Assembly: GCA_010909165.1 (NCBI GenBank)
Contig: MU008155.1
Coordinates: forward strand, 1,798,001 to 1,862,000
Source of the DNA: Anthoceros angustus
Taxonomy: Eukaryota > Plantae > Anthocerotophyta
Length of the DNA: 64,000 nt
Direction of reading: 5' to 3'
How positions within the stretch are numbered: the stretch's first letter is position 1; each line of letters opens with the position of its first letter. Below are positions 63,641-64,000 of this stretch, one piece after another. The notes below the pieces were generated by a model. That model saw only the letters and a list, made by a program, of their open reading frames with translations, was not told the DNA's origin and searched no databases. The translations under genes were made by a program, and so were the position numbers.

Positions 63641-63880
63641 ATGTAAAATCATATGAGCCTTCATCAAATCCGTGAAAGTGGAGGGGACAAGCCCTCCTTC
63701 TCTTCTTTGGGATGAGCTCACTCTTGCCGACATTCGAGGTGTGAGGTGGTGGACTTGTACTTGTATGTAAAATCATGTGAGCCTTCATCAAATACGTGAA
63801 AATAGAGGGTCCCACATGCCCTCTTTCTCCTTTTCAGGATGAGCTCACTCTTCTAGGCATTCGAGGTGTAAAGCGGTAGC
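63641..63880. repeat. Two diverged copies of an approximately 124-bp unit
   Basis: ATGTAAAATCAT.TGAGCCTTCATCAAAT.CGTGAAA...GGATGAGCTCACTCTT...CATTCGAGGTGT at 63641 and 63765. Confidence 0.8.
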
Positions 63881-64000
63881 TATGGCCATTGAAACTTTCA
63901 TAGGTTTCTTTTCGTGAGTACAGCGGGTCGTGGTTTAGGGCCAATTCATCACAAAAACAGGTGATCTTGATATCGGAAGCTGTGCCTCTATGGAGGCTAC

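Overview
Eukaryotic plant genomic DNA. The short GT-AG introns, GC-rich housekeeping and developmental genes, and an axonemal CFAP53 gene point to a flagellate-sperm land plant; a bryophyte such as a hornwort is my inference, not proven. In order the window holds: the 3' end of a restriction-like-endonuclease (CRE-like) non-LTR retrotransposon; a complete but frameshifted Ty3/gypsy chromovirus (1479-7149, CTTAG target-site duplication, unusual AG...CT/GT LTR ends); two GDP-mannose 3',5'-epimerase (GME) genes in inverted orientation flanking a Lon-N-domain gene; MPH1 with an expanded acidic 24-aa repeat tail, head-to-head with a CobW/COG0523 GTPase carrying a tandemly duplicated 90-bp exon; about 9 kb of microsatellite-rich non-coding DNA; a second, decayed CRE-like element; a LATERAL SUPPRESSOR-type GRAS gene; PyrR/RIBR; a very long WPP-domain-associated (WAP-like) coiled-coil gene; a TMEM45/DUF716 gene; a half-size ABCG (ABCG1/2/6/16/20-like) with a long RRASLP-repeat N-terminus; CFAP53; and an AT-rich tail with an orphan membrane-anchored Cys-rich ORF. 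All gene models were built by eye from splice signals and remembered family motifs; no database searches were run.
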